A DNA stretch of 64,000 bases from Chitinophagales bacterium (GCA_044227805.1 JBGAWA010000004.1:13161-77160); one strand, 5' to 3'. Positions 29,684 through 40,287 are shown, counted from the first letter of the stretch. Numbers and translations are program-made. The notes: generated by a model not told the origin, from the sequence alone.

Positions 29684-30703
29684 ATGACATTTATTCCCTC
29701 ATTGTTTCTTCCCGTTGCCTTCCTACTATCCATGCTGCTGCCTGCAGTAATCAGTCTGCAAACGCAACCGGACAAGACAGGCAACAAAACAGAAAAAATA
29801 ATCGGTGCCGATATCTCCTTTCTGCCTCAGCTGGAAGCCGAAGGCATCAAATTCTCGGTGAATGGCAAGCAGGATGATGCTATCATGATCTTGAAGCATT
29901 ATGGCTTCAACTATATCAGGTTACGTCTCTTTGTCAATCCGCAAGCTGACAGCGGCTACTCAAAAGAAGGATATTGCGGTCTGCCGCAGACAATTGCTAT
30001 GGCGAAAAGAATCAAACAGGCGAAGATGAAATGGCTGCTTGATTTTCACTACAGCGATAACTGGGCCGACCCGCAAAAACAATTCAAACCGGAAAAATGG
30101 AAAGATCTATCCTTCCCACAACTCACACAAACCGTACAGGACTATACCCACCATGTAATTTCCGAATTAGCCTCACAAGGTGTATTGCCTGATATGGTAC
30201 AGGTGGGAAACGAAATCAATCATGGTATGCTATGGCCGGATGGCAGCTACTCTCATCCCGACAACCTCGCAACCTTGATTAAGGCCGGGATTGCAGGCGT
30301 GAAGGAAGTTGCGCCCGACGTCAAAATCATGCTGCATATCGCGCTTGGTGGTCAGCAGGAAGAATCAACGCAATGGCTGGATGCCATGATGGCACGAGGA
30401 GTTACGTTTGATGTTATTGGTGAATCCTATTATCCGCAATGGCACGGCACCATTGCAGACCTGCAGCAAAACCTGGCTTACCTCGCCACGCATTATGAAC
30501 AGGAGGTGATAGTAGCTGAATACACACAACACAAAATGGAAGTGAATGATATTGCTTTCAATCTGCCGGATGGCAATATGAAAGGAACATTTATCTGGGA
30601 GCCACTGAATACCTGGGAATTTATTTTTGATAAGCAGGGAAATGCGGTAGATTCACTGATAAAGCTGTATCCGGTTATTGCCAAAAAATACAACGTGAAG
30701 TAA
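29684..30703 (+). CDS. GH53 arabinogalactan endo-beta-1,4-galactanase
   Basis: 339 aa with a signal peptide. GH53 pattern: GADISFLPQLEA, NYIRLRLFVNP, LLDFHYSDNWADP, VQVGNEINHGMLWP, IGESYYPQWHG. Confidence 0.85.
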   Translation: MTFIPSLFLPVAFLLSMLLPAVISLQTQPDKTGNKTEKIIGADISFLPQLEAEGIKFSVNGKQDDAIMILKHYGFNYIRLRLFVNPQADSGYSKEGYCGLPQTIAMAKRIKQAKMKWLLDFHYSDNWADPQKQFKPEKWKDLSFPQLTQTVQDYTHHVISELASQGVLPDMVQVGNEINHGMLWPDGSYSHPDNLATLIKAGIAGVKEVAPDVKIMLHIALGGQQEESTQWLDAMMARGVTFDVIGESYYPQWHGTIADLQQNLAYLATHYEQEVIVAEYTQHKMEVNDIAFNLPDGNMKGTFIWEPLNTWEFIFDKQGNAVDSLIKLYPVIAKKYNVK

Positions 30704-30751
30704 ATGTATGATCTGTCGTTGATCCTTTCACTTTCAATCAGCTACAAACCA

Positions 30752-33214
30752 ATGATGATAAAGAACTGCTTGCTTATACTGCTGCTCCCGCTGTGCCTGC
30801 TACAGGCAAATGCGCAGCAAGCGGCGCGATCCATCAAAAATTTTGGCGACGACTGGAAGTTTTATTTGGGTGATGACACCGCTGCGAGGCAGCTCAATTA
30901 TTCCGATGCTTCCTGGCGCCTGCTTAACCTTCCGCATGACTGGAGTATCGAAGGATCCTTCGATGAAAACAATCCCGCCGGCATTGGCGGTGGTGCCTTG
31001 CCCGGCGGTGTGGGCTGGTACCGGAAATCATTCCTGGTAAGCAACGATCTGAAAGACAAAAATGTGGTGATAGATTTTGACGGTGTGTATCGGCTGAGTG
31101 AAGTATGGATCAACGGCCACCTGCTCGGCATACGGCCCAATGGTTACATCTCTTTCCGGTATGACCTCACGCCTTATCTGCGTTATGGAGATCAGAAGAA
31201 CGTGATCGCCGTGAGGGTGGATAATGCCATGCAACCAAATTCACGCTGGTATTCCGGTTCGGGCATCTATCGTAATGTATGGCTGGTGACAACCCATAAA
31301 ATTTATGTTGACCAGTGGGGCACCTTTATCACTACACCGGAGATAACTGCATCATCAGCTAAAGTGAAGATCAACATAACTGTGAAGAATACAGGCAAAA
31401 AAAAATCCGGTGTAACGGTGCGAACTTCTTTGTATGATTCACAGTCAAAATTAGTAACCGGCATTTCTTCAGACTTAGCAGTGATGCCCGGTGATAATAA
31501 GGTAACCACTCAATTCCTGGAAGTGACACATCCAACATTGTGGTCTGTGGATCATCCGTTCCTGTATCAAGCGGTTACAGAAATTATCATCAATGCTAAA
31601 ATTGCAGACGAATATAGCACGCCATTTGGCATCCGCTACTTCAACTTTGATGCTGATAAGGGATTTTTTCTGAATGGCGAACCCATGAAGATCAATGGAG
31701 TGTGCCAGCATCACGATCTTGGTGCATTAGGCGCTGCGGTGAATACACGTGCCCTGCAACGACAATTGGAAATACTGAAAAACATGGGCTGTAATGCCAT
31801 TCGCACCTCACACAACCCGCCTGCACCCGAATTGCTGGATCTATGCGATCAAATGGGATTTCTCGTGATGGATGAAGCTTTTGATATGTGGAAACGGCCA
31901 AAGACCAACTTCGACTATCACTTGTTTTGGGATGAATGGCATATCAGAGATTTGACCGATCAGTTGTTGCGCGACCGGAATCATCCATCTATCATCGCCT
32001 GGAGTGTAGGTAATGAGATTCCTGAACAATCAGCCTACGACTGGAAACCAGGCATACCCAGGGAGCAACTGAAGAAAGACAGCACCGGTATTACTATCTC
32101 ACGGGAACTTACTGCTATTGTGAAATCACTTGATCCTACGCGTCCTGTAACATCTGCCAATGATCATACGGATACGTCCAACCTGTTGCTTCAGTCGGGC
32201 ACGTATGACCTGATCTGTTATAACTACCGGCATGCACAATGGGGTGGCGCACAGGAGCGATGGGGAAAAAAATCCTTCCTCGCTACCGAATCCGCCTCCG
32301 CTTTTGAGACTCGTGGCTATTATGAAATGCCTTCCGACAGCGTTCGCCGTTGGCCGGAAGACTGGAGCAAACCATTTACCGGAGGCAATCCCGAACACCG
32401 CTGTTCCTCCTATGATAACTGTTGTGCCTCCTGGGGTTCTACCCATGAAGAATCGCTGAAGGAATACCTCAAATATGATTTTATCGCCGGAATTTTCGTC
32501 TGGACTGGCTTCGACTATCTTGGTGAACCAACACCGTATGGCTGGCCATCACGCAGCTCTTATTTCGGCGTGATTGACCTGGCCGGATTTCCAAAAGACG
32601 CCTACTACCTGTATCAAAGCTTATGGACAGATCTGCCTGTGCTACACCTGCTTCCACACTGGAACTGGCAAGCCGGGGCAGTGATTGATGTCTGGGCTTA
32701 TTACAGTCAGGCTGATGAAGTGGAACTGTACCTGAATGGGCGGTCACTTGGCAAACAAAACAAAACCGGCGATTCATTGCATGTGCAATGGCGCGTTCCC
32801 TTTGAAGCCGGAACGTTGAAAGCCGTGTCAAGAAAGAATGGCGCTATAGTGTTGAGCCGGGAAGTGAACACTGCCGGCATTCCTGCTAAAATAAAACTGA
32901 TGGCCGACAGAAGCAAGATCAAGGCTGATGGCAAAGATCTTTCATTTGTAACAGCAGAGATTACGGATGCCAATGGAAACAGGGTTCCGCTTGCCGATAA
33001 CGAGGTGCATTTTAAGATCAGTGGCGAAGGATTTATTGCTGGCGTTGACAATGGAAGTGAAAGCAGTATGGAGCCATTCAAAGCAGATAAAAGAAAAGCT
33101 CATGACGCTTTGTGCCTCGCTATCATCCAAGCCACTAAAAACGCTGGTAGCATTCAACTCACTGCATCCTCTCCGGGACTTGAAGGCGCTTCTCTGATAC
33201 TTGAGTCAAAGTAG
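30752..33214 (+). CDS. GH2 beta-galactosidase
   Basis: Signal peptide MMIKNCLLILLLPLCLLQANAQQ at 30752. GH2 motifs: NAIRTSHNPPAPELLDLCDQMGFLVMDEAFD and WSVGNEI. An alternative ATG at 30704 lacks signal logic. Confidence 0.85.
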   Translation: MMIKNCLLILLLPLCLLQANAQQAARSIKNFGDDWKFYLGDDTAARQLNYSDASWRLLNLPHDWSIEGSFDENNPAGIGGGALPGGVGWYRKSFLVSNDLKDKNVVIDFDGVYRLSEVWINGHLLGIRPNGYISFRYDLTPYLRYGDQKNVIAVRVDNAMQPNSRWYSGSGIYRNVWLVTTHKIYVDQWGTFITTPEITASSAKVKINITVKNTGKKKSGVTVRTSLYDSQSKLVTGISSDLAVMPGDNKVTTQFLEVTHPTLWSVDHPFLYQAVTEIIINAKIADEYSTPFGIRYFNFDADKGFFLNGEPMKINGVCQHHDLGALGAAVNTRALQRQLEILKNMGCNAIRTSHNPPAPELLDLCDQMGFLVMDEAFDMWKRPKTNFDYHLFWDEWHIRDLTDQLLRDRNHPSIIAWSVGNEIPEQSAYDWKPGIPREQLKKDSTGITISRELTAIVKSLDPTRPVTSANDHTDTSNLLLQSGTYDLICYNYRHAQWGGAQERWGKKSFLATESASAFETRGYYEMPSDSVRRWPEDWSKPFTGGNPEHRCSSYDNCCASWGSTHEESLKEYLKYDFIAGIFVWTGFDYLGEPTPYGWPSRSSYFGVIDLAGFPKDAYYLYQSLWTDLPVLHLLPHWNWQAGAVIDVWAYYSQADEVELYLNGRSLGKQNKTGDSLHVQWRVPFEAGTLKAVSRKNGAIVLSREVNTAGIPAKIKLMADRSKIKADGKDLSFVTAEITDANGNRVPLADNEVHFKISGEGFIAGVDNGSESSMEPFKADKRKAHDALCLAIIQATKNAGSIQLTASSPGLEGASLILESK

Positions 33215-33254
33215 TAAAGAGTAACTGAACTTACTTTATAGCGGATTATATTTT

Positions 33255-33290
33255 TTAGCCCTGATTTTTCAATAGAAAAAACCGGGCTAA
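33255..33290 (+). repeat. hairpin-only mini copy H of the repeat; probable bidirectional terminator-like hairpin
   Basis: TTAGCCCTGATTTTTCAATAGAAAAAACCGGGCTAA is flanked by T6 on the left and A7 on the right. It lies between the convergent GH2 and galM genes and overlaps the galM stop codon. Confidence 0.55.
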
Positions 33291-34267
33291 AAAAACTGAA
33301 ATACAGTCTGAGCCTGGTAAGTATCGCCAGGCCTTACTATGGTGCTGGGAAAATGCCGATGATTCGGCGCATCCGGAAAAGCACCGGCTTCCATGGCAAC
33401 AGCACCTTGTTTTTCATATGAGATTTCGTCACTCTTCAGCTTTCCATCCCACCAGTTTGCAGTGTAAATGTGCATTCCGGGCTGATCGGTAAAAACCTTC
33501 ATACGCCTGCCGGAAATATTATCAGACAACTCCGCAGCGAGCACTAATCCACCATTGTAATTGCGGAGTACAAATGTATGATCAATGCCAATTTCATTTT
33601 TCAACATATCCAGGCTATCACCTATTTCCCTTTCCCTTGTAAAATCCAAAGCGCTTCCTCTTACGGATTCCATTTCACCAGTGGGAATCTGGTGGAGGTC
33701 ACGCTTTAAAAAATAGTCAGCATTGATTTGCAACCGGTGAGCGTGTATGGTTCGAACTTTAAATCCTGACAGGTTGAAATAGGAATGATTGGTGAGATGC
33801 ACGATAGTAGCCTTATCTGCGGTGGCGGTGTATTGTACCTGCAATTCATTTTTAGCAGTCAGGAGATAAACAGCCGTTGCCTGTAAAGTACCGGGATAAC
33901 CTTCTTCACCATCAGCAGCCGTATAACCAAAGCGTACACCTATCCTGTTTTCTTCTTCAATAGTATTGATGACACGCCATACCTTTTTATCAAAGCCGGA
34001 ATATCCGCCATGCAAATGATTGGGTGGTTCATTGACGGTAAGTGCATACGGAATTCCATCAATAGAAAACTTTCCGCCCGCTATCCTGTTGGCAAACCGC
34101 CCAATAGTACTCCCAAAATATGGATGCGGCTGCTGATAGGCTGCCAGGGATCGAAACCCCGCCACCACATTTTGCCGAATACCAAACCGGTCGGGCACTT
34201 CAACCGACATGATGGTTGCTCCATAACTCAACAGGTCCGTTTTCATCCAGCCATTGCTGAGCTGCAA
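33287..34267 (-). CDS. galM: aldose 1-epimerase (galactose mutarotase); start codon uncertain
   Basis: The translation shows family motifs (YGATIMSVEVPD, GRFANRIAGGKF, NEPPNHLHGG, THSYFNL, EAGAFPDAPN). The listed start is a TTG, and family-like sequence continues upstream in frame. Confidence 0.8.
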   Translation of the reverse strand: MQLSNGWMKTDLLSYGATIMSVEVPDRFGIRQNVVAGFRSLAAYQQPHPYFGSTIGRFANRIAGGKFSIDGIPYALTVNEPPNHLHGGYSGFDKKVWRVINTIEEENRIGVRFGYTAADGEEGYPGTLQATAVYLLTAKNELQVQYTATADKATIVHLTNHSYFNLSGFKVRTIHAHRLQINADYFLKRDLHQIPTGEMESVRGSALDFTREREIGDSLDMLKNEIGIDHTFVLRNYNGGLVLAAELSDNISGRRMKVFTDQPGMHIYTANWWDGKLKSDEISYEKQGAVAMEAGAFPDAPNHRHFPSTIVRPGDTYQAQTVFQFF

Positions 34268-34347
34268 TTGAAAAACAGGCTCACCATGGATGTTGCCGCA
34301 TGGCGTTTTAGAAAGTTGAAAGGAAAGCTTGCTGATGTTCTTTGCAG

Positions 34348-35940
34348 TTAATTGTTGTACTTAAATGCATTCAGCGAAATAAGCGAATTACCGCTAAAAT
34401 CAAACAGCGTTGTATTGGCTACCACGTTGGGTGCGCCAAGTTGCCAACCTACTCCGGGTACAGCAATCATCACCGGATCCCAGTACAGAACACCAATGAC
34501 CTTCCCGTTATCAGCTGTTTTTATTCCATTGAACAATTCCAGCAGAAAATTTTTCTGTCCTGAAGGAGAAGAGGGGTAGACATTTTCGTAGGGGCCATTA
34601 TTTCCCAATTGCCCGCCAGAACCATTCGGCAAAGTTGGATTCCAGTTGTATCCTGTTTCCATGATAAGTATCTCTTTTCCCAGCTTCTCACTTTCATAGT
34701 TTGCCCAGTTCCGCATTTGTGTTACGGTTCTTTGCGACCAGAAAGGATAATAGGACGCTCCCACTATATCATACTTTCCGCCGGCGGCGGTAAGCGAACC
34801 AAAAAACCAATCATACAGAGATGTATTGCCGGCATCATCCAGATGTATAATCACCTTTGACGCCGGTGACACCGCTTTTACAGCATCATATCCCTGGTTA
34901 AACAAGGCAGCCATCTGGCTGAAATGATTATAATCACCATCGGGGAAAAGAAAACCACCCGGCGTTTCATTGCCGAGTGAAACATATTCAGGAATGGTGC
35001 CCTGATCCTTCAGCTGATTCATGAATCCGAAAGTGAAATCATATACCGCTGCTTTCAATGCATCATAACTGAGGTTGGCCCATTCATGTGGCTTATATTG
35101 TGTAGTGCCGTTACTCCAGTAGTCGCTGTAATGAAAGGTCAGCTCTATCATCATGCCTGCAGCTTTAGCGCGTTGCGCTAACTGCAGAATATCAGCAGCG
35201 TTTTGAAAGCCTGCAGGCAACAGGTTAGACGGCGCATAAGCCGGATTGCCTGGATCATTGTAGAGCCTCAATCGTACTATATTAAAACCATAACTTTTTA
35301 AAATCTCAAAACAATCCTTCTCTACCCCGTTATCATAAAACTTTCCGCCTTTTGATTCGAGGTAACTCAGTTCAGAAACATCTCCGCCTTTCAGAAATGT
35401 ATATGGCACATCATCCTGCAGCAATTTGACAGCATCTGCCTTGCACCAGTTGCCGGCATTGGCATCTGAATAAATACTGATCGTGCATTTTCCATCCGTT
35501 ACGTGAATACCACGAACTGTCACAAGCGTCCATGCAGCCGACACTGGAAATGAAGTGATCCTTTCATTTCCATCGGTGGTTTTTCCGCCAAGGTAACAGG
35601 CATTTTGTCCCCCACTGTTTTGAATATAGGCGGTGAGCTGATAATATCCGTTTTTCAAACCATTCAACTCCTGGTAAGTCAACACCTGATAGGCCGTTTC
35701 CTTTTGATGGCGCAACGAATAATTGCCTTCATAACCACCGCTGATAACCTGATCGGCACTTGTATCATTGCCAGACGTCATCCAGCCGGCGGCGGAAGCC
35801 GCTTCCATCTGATCAGCTTCAAACCCGCTGTTCATGATGGTATCTTTTACTGCGGGCGGCGTAATAATTGTTTCTTCCGGCTTATTGCAGGAAGCAATCA
35901 TTAAAAACAAAATACCGGTATAGAAAAATGATCTGATCAT
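34348..35940 (-). CDS. GH53 endo-beta-1,4-galactanase lipoprotein with an N-terminal carbohydrate-binding-like domain
   Basis: Lipobox LMIASC. An extra N-terminal beta-sandwich-like region of about 170 aa precedes the GH53 core (FNIVRLRLYNDP, ELTFHYSDYWSNG, LGNETPGGFLFP, VGASYYPFW). Confidence 0.85.
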   Translation of the reverse strand: MIRSFFYTGILFLMIASCNKPEETIITPPAVKDTIMNSGFEADQMEAASAAGWMTSGNDTSADQVISGGYEGNYSLRHQKETAYQVLTYQELNGLKNGYYQLTAYIQNSGGQNACYLGGKTTDGNERITSFPVSAAWTLVTVRGIHVTDGKCTISIYSDANAGNWCKADAVKLLQDDVPYTFLKGGDVSELSYLESKGGKFYDNGVEKDCFEILKSYGFNIVRLRLYNDPGNPAYAPSNLLPAGFQNAADILQLAQRAKAAGMMIELTFHYSDYWSNGTTQYKPHEWANLSYDALKAAVYDFTFGFMNQLKDQGTIPEYVSLGNETPGGFLFPDGDYNHFSQMAALFNQGYDAVKAVSPASKVIIHLDDAGNTSLYDWFFGSLTAAGGKYDIVGASYYPFWSQRTVTQMRNWANYESEKLGKEILIMETGYNWNPTLPNGSGGQLGNNGPYENVYPSSPSGQKNFLLELFNGIKTADNGKVIGVLYWDPVMIAVPGVGWQLGAPNVVANTTLFDFSGNSLISLNAFKYNN

Positions 35941-36093
35941 GATAAAAGTAAATTTACGACTTCTGAAATAATAACGTCCTCTTTGTGGTGACTGGTTTTA
36001 TGGTGAAACGAAAGCTATGGGCTCTATGGCAATCAGACAATAACGGTTTTCAGTTATCTTGATGGCCCGATCATCCCGGCTTTCGATAAAAAA

Positions 36094-36101
36094 TATTTTT
36101 G
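36094..36101 (+). promoter_or_regulatory. candidate Bacteroidota -7 promoter box upstream of galK
   Basis: TATTTTTG is an exact match to TAnnTTTG, 44 nt upstream of the galK ATG. Confidence 0.3.
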
Positions 36102-36144
36102 CTGAAAAGCCTGATCGTGAACACGTGGTTTAAATCTTCACACT

Positions 36145-37296
36145 ATGCTGGCACCCACTGAAGCGCTGAAAAATCTGATACAGGAAAAATCATTGCTTGT
36201 TTTCTCTCCGGGAAGAATAAACCTGATCGGCGAATTCACCGATTACAATATGGGCTTTGTGCTGCCTGCTGCCATTGACAAAGGAATTTATTTTGTCATT
36301 ACGCCCCGCTCAGATAACATTATTCACCTGCACTCCGTCGACTTTGAGGCAACGTATGAAACCACCGTTGATGCGCTGCTTCCTTCGGCAGCATCTTCAT
36401 GGCCCAACTATATACTGGGTGTAGTGGAACAATTTAAACTTGCCGGAGTACCCTTGAATGGATTTGACGCTGCCGTTGCCGGCAATATTCCGGTTGGTGC
36501 CGGCCTGTCCTCCTCCGCAGCGGTTGAATGTGCCGTGGCTATGGCGCTCAATGAAATGACAAATGCCGGACTGGATAAATTAAGGCTCGTGCAAATGGCA
36601 CAACGTGCGGAGAATAATTATGTAGGCGTTCAGTGTGGTATCATGGATCAGTTCGCCAGCATGTTCGGAAAGCCCGGTCTTGCCATAAAAATTGATTGCC
36701 GTTCGCTGGAGTATGAATATGTTCCGATCAGCATGGACGGACTTCGCATCCTTTTGCTCGATACCAATGTAAAACATTCACATGGATCTTCAGAATATAA
36801 TGTCAGAAGAAAACAGTGTGAAGACGGAGTGCTGCTGATTCAACGGCACCAGCCAGCCATAAAACACCTGCGTGATGCTGATCTTGCCATGCTCGAGCGA
36901 TTGGTGGCACCGGTTGACAACACACTTTTCAGGCGCTGTAAATTTATTGTGGAAGAAAATGCCAGGGTGGTACAAGCGGCGGAAGCATTGAAGAAGGGCC
37001 ATCTCAAGTCATTCGGAGCCTTGATGTTCGCTTCTCATGCTGGATTGCAGCATGATTTTGAAGCAAGTTGTGCGGAGCTTGATTTCCTGGTAAGTTGTGT
37101 GAAGAACAATGAAGCGGTAACGGGAGCAAGAATGATGGGCGGAGGATTTGGTGGCTGTACAATCAACCTGGTAGAGGAAAAATCTGTAGATGCAATTATT
37201 CAATTGGCTGCTGCAGCTTACGAGAAAACCTTTGGCAAAAATCTGACAGCCTATGTTGCAAAAGTGGAAGCCGGTACGACAATATTGAAAAGATAA
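36145..37296 (+). CDS. galK: galactokinase
   Basis: Galactokinase signature GRINLIGEFTDYNMGFVLPAAI and the GHMP kinase motif PVGAGLSSSAA are both present. Confidence 0.92.
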   Translation: MLAPTEALKNLIQEKSLLVFSPGRINLIGEFTDYNMGFVLPAAIDKGIYFVITPRSDNIIHLHSVDFEATYETTVDALLPSAASSWPNYILGVVEQFKLAGVPLNGFDAAVAGNIPVGAGLSSSAAVECAVAMALNEMTNAGLDKLRLVQMAQRAENNYVGVQCGIMDQFASMFGKPGLAIKIDCRSLEYEYVPISMDGLRILLLDTNVKHSHGSSEYNVRRKQCEDGVLLIQRHQPAIKHLRDADLAMLERLVAPVDNTLFRRCKFIVEENARVVQAAEALKKGHLKSFGALMFASHAGLQHDFEASCAELDFLVSCVKNNEAVTGARMMGGGFGGCTINLVEEKSVDAIIQLAAAAYEKTFGKNLTAYVAKVEAGTTILKR

Positions 37297-37320
37297 CAGA
37301 ACGAATCTGAATCATTTTTT

Positions 37321-38391
37321 ATGAACCAACCGACGATTGATTTTACAAGATATCCGCACCGGCGCAAAAATATTCTTACCGGAGAATGGCTGCTGATTTC
37401 GCCTCAACGCACCAACCGGCCCTGGCAGGGCAAGGTGGAAGCCGTGGCTGCCGATCGCCGGCCGGCATATGACGCGCAGTGCTATTTATGTCCGGGCAAT
37501 AAGAGAGCGGGAGAAAAAATGAATCCTGTCTATACTTCCTGCTTCGCATTCACCAACGATTATGCATCACTGCAGGAAGATACGCCGGAAGCAAGTATGA
37601 ATCTGCAAGACCTTATTGTCGCGAAAAGCCAGAGCGGCAGCTGCAGGGTGATTTGCTTTTCGCCACGTCATGACCTCACCCTGCCGCATCTTTCCACAGA
37701 GAATATCACAGCGCTGATTGACCTGTGGTGCGATGAGTTCCAAACCCTTTCACAAAATCCAAAGCTGAAGTACATCCTTATTTTTGAAAACAAAGGGGAA
37801 ATCATGGGATGCAGCAATCCACATCCACACGGACAAATATGGAGCTCGAGTGATGTGCCGGTTGAGCCACAGAAAGAATCCGTGGAGCAAACAAAATATT
37901 TTGATGCAAAAGGCAGAAGCTTACTGGCGGACTACCTTATGCTCGAACTGGAAAAGCAAGAGCGTATTGTATGCAGCAATGAGCACTTTGTTGCGCTGGT
38001 ACCGTTTTGGGCAATCTGGCCATTTGAAACCATGATCATTTCACGAAGACAGGTACAGACGATCTTGCAGTTCACGAAAGAAGAAAAACAATCGCTAGCG
38101 GCATTACTGAAGCAACTTACGATCCGATATGACAATATTTTCAAAACCTCCTTTCCCTATTCAGCCGGCATGCACCAGGCTCCGGTAAATGACGGCGACC
38201 ATCCTGCCTGGCACTGGCACATGCACTTTCTGCCACCTTTGCTGCGGTCAGCCACGATAAAAAAATTTATGGTGGGATATGAAATGCTGGGTAACCCTCA
38301 GCGGGATGTGACGGCAGAATGGGCGGCAGAAGTGCTGAGAAAACAAAGCGACATTCACTATTCAGAATCTGCGACAGATACTCAGCAGTAA
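37321..38391 (+). CDS. galT: galactose-1-phosphate uridylyltransferase
   Basis: Zinc/active-site motifs CYLCPGN and SNPHPHGQIW (HPH) are present. The length (356 aa) and the position after galK also fit. Confidence 0.92.
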   Translation: MNQPTIDFTRYPHRRKNILTGEWLLISPQRTNRPWQGKVEAVAADRRPAYDAQCYLCPGNKRAGEKMNPVYTSCFAFTNDYASLQEDTPEASMNLQDLIVAKSQSGSCRVICFSPRHDLTLPHLSTENITALIDLWCDEFQTLSQNPKLKYILIFENKGEIMGCSNPHPHGQIWSSSDVPVEPQKESVEQTKYFDAKGRSLLADYLMLELEKQERIVCSNEHFVALVPFWAIWPFETMIISRRQVQTILQFTKEEKQSLAALLKQLTIRYDNIFKTSFPYSAGMHQAPVNDGDHPAWHWHMHFLPPLLRSATIKKFMVGYEMLGNPQRDVTAEWAAEVLRKQSDIHYSESATDTQQ

Positions 38392-38565
38392 GTGCAGGAC
38401 TACCGGCAGAGATTGATATTTCAATAATAAAATCCGGCCGCGCTTCTGTTTAGCAGCACAAAAGGCTGACAGTACGAATAAAATAAGGGTTTGACACAAC
38501 TGACAAACTATTACATTTAACAATTGAACAGATATTAACACTGACATAAAACAAAAAAGAAACTC

Positions 38566-40218
38566 ATGACGCACACGATGCAACCAATTGACTACGCAGT
38601 GTTTTTTATTTATTTCGCGATCGTATCACTCTATGGTTATTGGGTATATCAGAAAAAGAAAAACACACACAATGATTCCAAAGATTTTTTTCTCGCAGAA
38701 GGTTCACTCACATGGTGGGCCATCGGCGCTTCCCTAATAGCTTCCAATATATCAGCCGAACAATTTATCGGCATGGGCGGATCAGGATTCGCACTTGGTC
38801 TTGGCATAGCATCCTATGAATGGATGGCTGCCATCACACTCCTGATCGTTGCGGTGTTTTTCATGCCGCTATACCTGAAAAATAAAATCTACACCATGCC
38901 GCAATTTCTCCGGCAACGGTATGATGAACGCGTAGCGACGATCATGGCGGTCTTTTGGCTGATGATTTATGTATTTGTCAATCTTACCTCCATCATTTAT
39001 TTGGGAGCACTCACGATCCAACACATGCTGGATCTTCCTTTCCTGACGTGTGCCGCCGGTCTCTCCCTGTTCGCGATAATTATCACCTTGGGAGGCATGC
39101 GGGTTATCGGCTATACTGATGTGATACAGGTTTTCTTTTTGATATTGGGTGGTTTAGTCACCACCTATCTTGCTTTGGACCTTGTTTCCACCACCCTGGG
39201 TACTGGTGCCGGTGCCATGGAAGGATTGAATCTGCTCCGGCAGAAAGCACCTGATCATTTCCACATGATATTTCCAAAAGGTAAATATGAAGTGATTAAC
39301 GGACAAGGTGGCTTACAGGATCCATGGGAGCAACTGCCCGGCCTTTCTGTGCTGATCGGAGGTATGTGGATCGCCAACCTAAGTTACTGGGGTTGCAACC
39401 AGTACATCACACAGCGCGCCCTGGGAGCCAGTTTGCCTACAGCACGTGCAGGTTTGCTCTTTGCCGCTTTTCTGAAATTGCTGATGCCGCTGATCGTGGT
39501 GGTGCCCGGCATTGCCTGTTATGTTCTCTTTAAAAATAATGCGGATCAGAATATTATTTCGGGCATGACGGAAAATGGAATCGTGAAACCGGACAACTCT
39601 TATTCCACCCTGCTCGAGTTGTTGCCAAACGGATTAAGAGGTGTTTCCCTGGCGGCCCTTACAGCTGCCATTGTCGCATCACTGGCAGGTAAGGCTAATA
39701 GTATCTCCACCATTTTCTCACTCGATATTTATAAACGATTCATCAACAAGGATGCGGAGGATAAGAAAGTGGTATCCATCGGCCGCTGGGCGATCTTTGT
39801 TGCCTTTGCCATTGCCTTGATCATTTCTCCGGCACTGAAAAGCCTAGGACAGGGTTTTACCTACATCCAGGAATTCACTGGATTTATTTCACCCGGCATA
39901 TTGGCCATGTTCCTGATGGGCTTTTTCTGGAAACGATCCAATTCAGCCGGCGCGCTGGCAGCCACATTGTGCAGCATTCCATTCTCCGCTGTGCTGAAAT
40001 ATGCGATGCCTTCTATCCCGTTCATGAACAGGATGTCGATTGTATTTCTGAGTTGCGTTGCATTAATTGTAATTTTTGGATTGATGGATTCCGCATCCAA
40101 AAGCAATCCAAAGGCACTGGAAATTGACAAATCCACATTCAAAGTCAGCATGCCGTTTCTTATTGGGTTGCTGATGGTAGTGGGTATCACAGCCGCTTTG
40201 TACATTGTGTTCTGGTAA
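38566..40218 (+). CDS. sodium:solute symporter family (SGLT-like) sugar transporter, probably galactose/glucose
   Basis: 550 aa with about 13-14 hydrophobic segments and SSF-type motifs (FFLAEGSLTWWAIGASLIASNISAEQFIGMGG). Its position after galK-galT supports a sugar substrate. Confidence 0.85.
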   Translation: MTHTMQPIDYAVFFIYFAIVSLYGYWVYQKKKNTHNDSKDFFLAEGSLTWWAIGASLIASNISAEQFIGMGGSGFALGLGIASYEWMAAITLLIVAVFFMPLYLKNKIYTMPQFLRQRYDERVATIMAVFWLMIYVFVNLTSIIYLGALTIQHMLDLPFLTCAAGLSLFAIIITLGGMRVIGYTDVIQVFFLILGGLVTTYLALDLVSTTLGTGAGAMEGLNLLRQKAPDHFHMIFPKGKYEVINGQGGLQDPWEQLPGLSVLIGGMWIANLSYWGCNQYITQRALGASLPTARAGLLFAAFLKLLMPLIVVVPGIACYVLFKNNADQNIISGMTENGIVKPDNSYSTLLELLPNGLRGVSLAALTAAIVASLAGKANSISTIFSLDIYKRFINKDAEDKKVVSIGRWAIFVAFAIALIISPALKSLGQGFTYIQEFTGFISPGILAMFLMGFFWKRSNSAGALAATLCSIPFSAVLKYAMPSIPFMNRMSIVFLSCVALIVIFGLMDSASKSNPKALEIDKSTFKVSMPFLIGLLMVVGITAALYIVFW

Positions 40219-40287
40219 TGTCAGGCAATCGTAAGGGCCATGATAAATTTTGCGCGATGGTCTGTTTTCAGCCCATCGTGCATCGGG

